A stretch of 64,000 bases of DNA from a virus, in IMG/VR virus record IMGVR_UViG_3300011113_000287, positions 1 to 64,000 of that record, one strand, 5' to 3'. This document shows, piece by piece, positions 63,568 to 64,000 of the stretch. A model generated the notes under the pieces. It searched no databases, was not told the origin of the DNA, and saw only the letters and a list, made by a program, of their open reading frames with translations. A program made the position numbers and the translations under genes. How positions within the stretch are numbered: the stretch's first letter is position 1; every line of letters begins with the position of its first letter.

Positions 63568-64000
63568 TGCGTTGGTCCGTCCCTGATACAGGAACGAGTC
63601 GGCACGCCGATTGCAGGATTGACACGAATCGTTCTCCGTAGCGCATAGTCAGTTTCTTGGGGTTGTACAGGCTGGTGATAACCGTGGGAAGGTTGGCATT
63701 GATGCGTTGGTACAGGAGGTTGGAAATTGAACGGGTGGTGAACTCCGTTTCGTTCTCGTCACCAAGTCCGTCTAACACCACCACGTCGTACACCGACCTG
63801 ACGTACTTTGAAATGTAAGGATTGACGTACTCATCGGGCAACGAACCGTCGTTGTTCAACTCGTCGTACATCATCTCAATGTATGTTGTGGCAGGGATGA
63901 AATAACCACTGACTGCATTTGCAGTAATTGCCTGTTTTAACAAACCAACCGCAAGGTGCGTTTTTCCTACGCCAGTTCCGCCGAACAAGTACAAACCAGT
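63554..64000 (-). CDS. DnaC/IstB-like AAA+ helicase loader (5' part outside window)
   Basis: GGTGVGKTHLA, VVLDGLG, LYQR...LPTVITS, G.DQR. Confidence 0.88.
   Translation of the reverse strand, partial: TGLYLFGGTGVGKTHLAVGLLKQAITANAVSGYFIPATTYIEMMYDELNNDGSLPDEYVNPYISKYVRSVYDVVVLDGLGDENETEFTTRSISNLLYQRINANLPTVITSLYNPKKLTMRYGERFVSILQSACRLVPVSGTDQRNAGK

Noticed and set aside
1-64000. tRNA, rRNA or integrase genes
   Set aside because: None recognised by eye and intergenic gaps are mostly too short; tRNAscan or Infernal would be needed to exclude them formally.

Overview
This is a 64-kb segment of a large tailed dsDNA phage (Caudoviricetes), probably lytic. The host is probably an actinobacterium: there are two WhiB genes, many leaderless genes, a Gram-positive-type LexA box and an spoVS homologue. 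Almost all genes lie on the minus strand. Layout: (1) 0-11.7 kb, terminase large subunit, KTSC protein, Gly-rich and Mtd_N fibre proteins, and a mucin-like membrane protein. (2) 11.7-21.5 kb, a bidirectional island of small unrelated proteins (ART-like, ParB/Srx-like, GNAT, HicA-like, PhyH dioxygenase, SAM methyltransferase); most carry a shared short tag ending in Q-F. (3) 21.5-37.8 kb, a GC-richer early-type region of small ORFs. It is driven by 13 near-identical promoters with an invariant 19-bp spacer, and it contains CRP-like palindromes at a fixed offset and 17 same-strand GTGTGGTCG boxes. (4) 36-42.5 kb, glycosyltransferase, lytic transglycosylase, WhiB, nucleotidase. (5) 42.5-51.7 kb, a second island of small charged proteins with a different shared N-terminal tag (G-x-[DN]-x3-[ND]-x2-R-[RK]-P). 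(6) 51.7-64 kb, SpoVS and a replication/recombination module: resolvases, Cas4-like exonuclease, RecA, Pol A, SSB, MerR-like HTH, SNF2, primase, DnaB, DnaC-like loader. The best candidates for undescribed systems are the peptide-tag families on effector-like cargo proteins (possible capsid-targeting signals) and the 19-bp-spacer promoter regulon. All calls come from reading motifs by eye; no searches were run.
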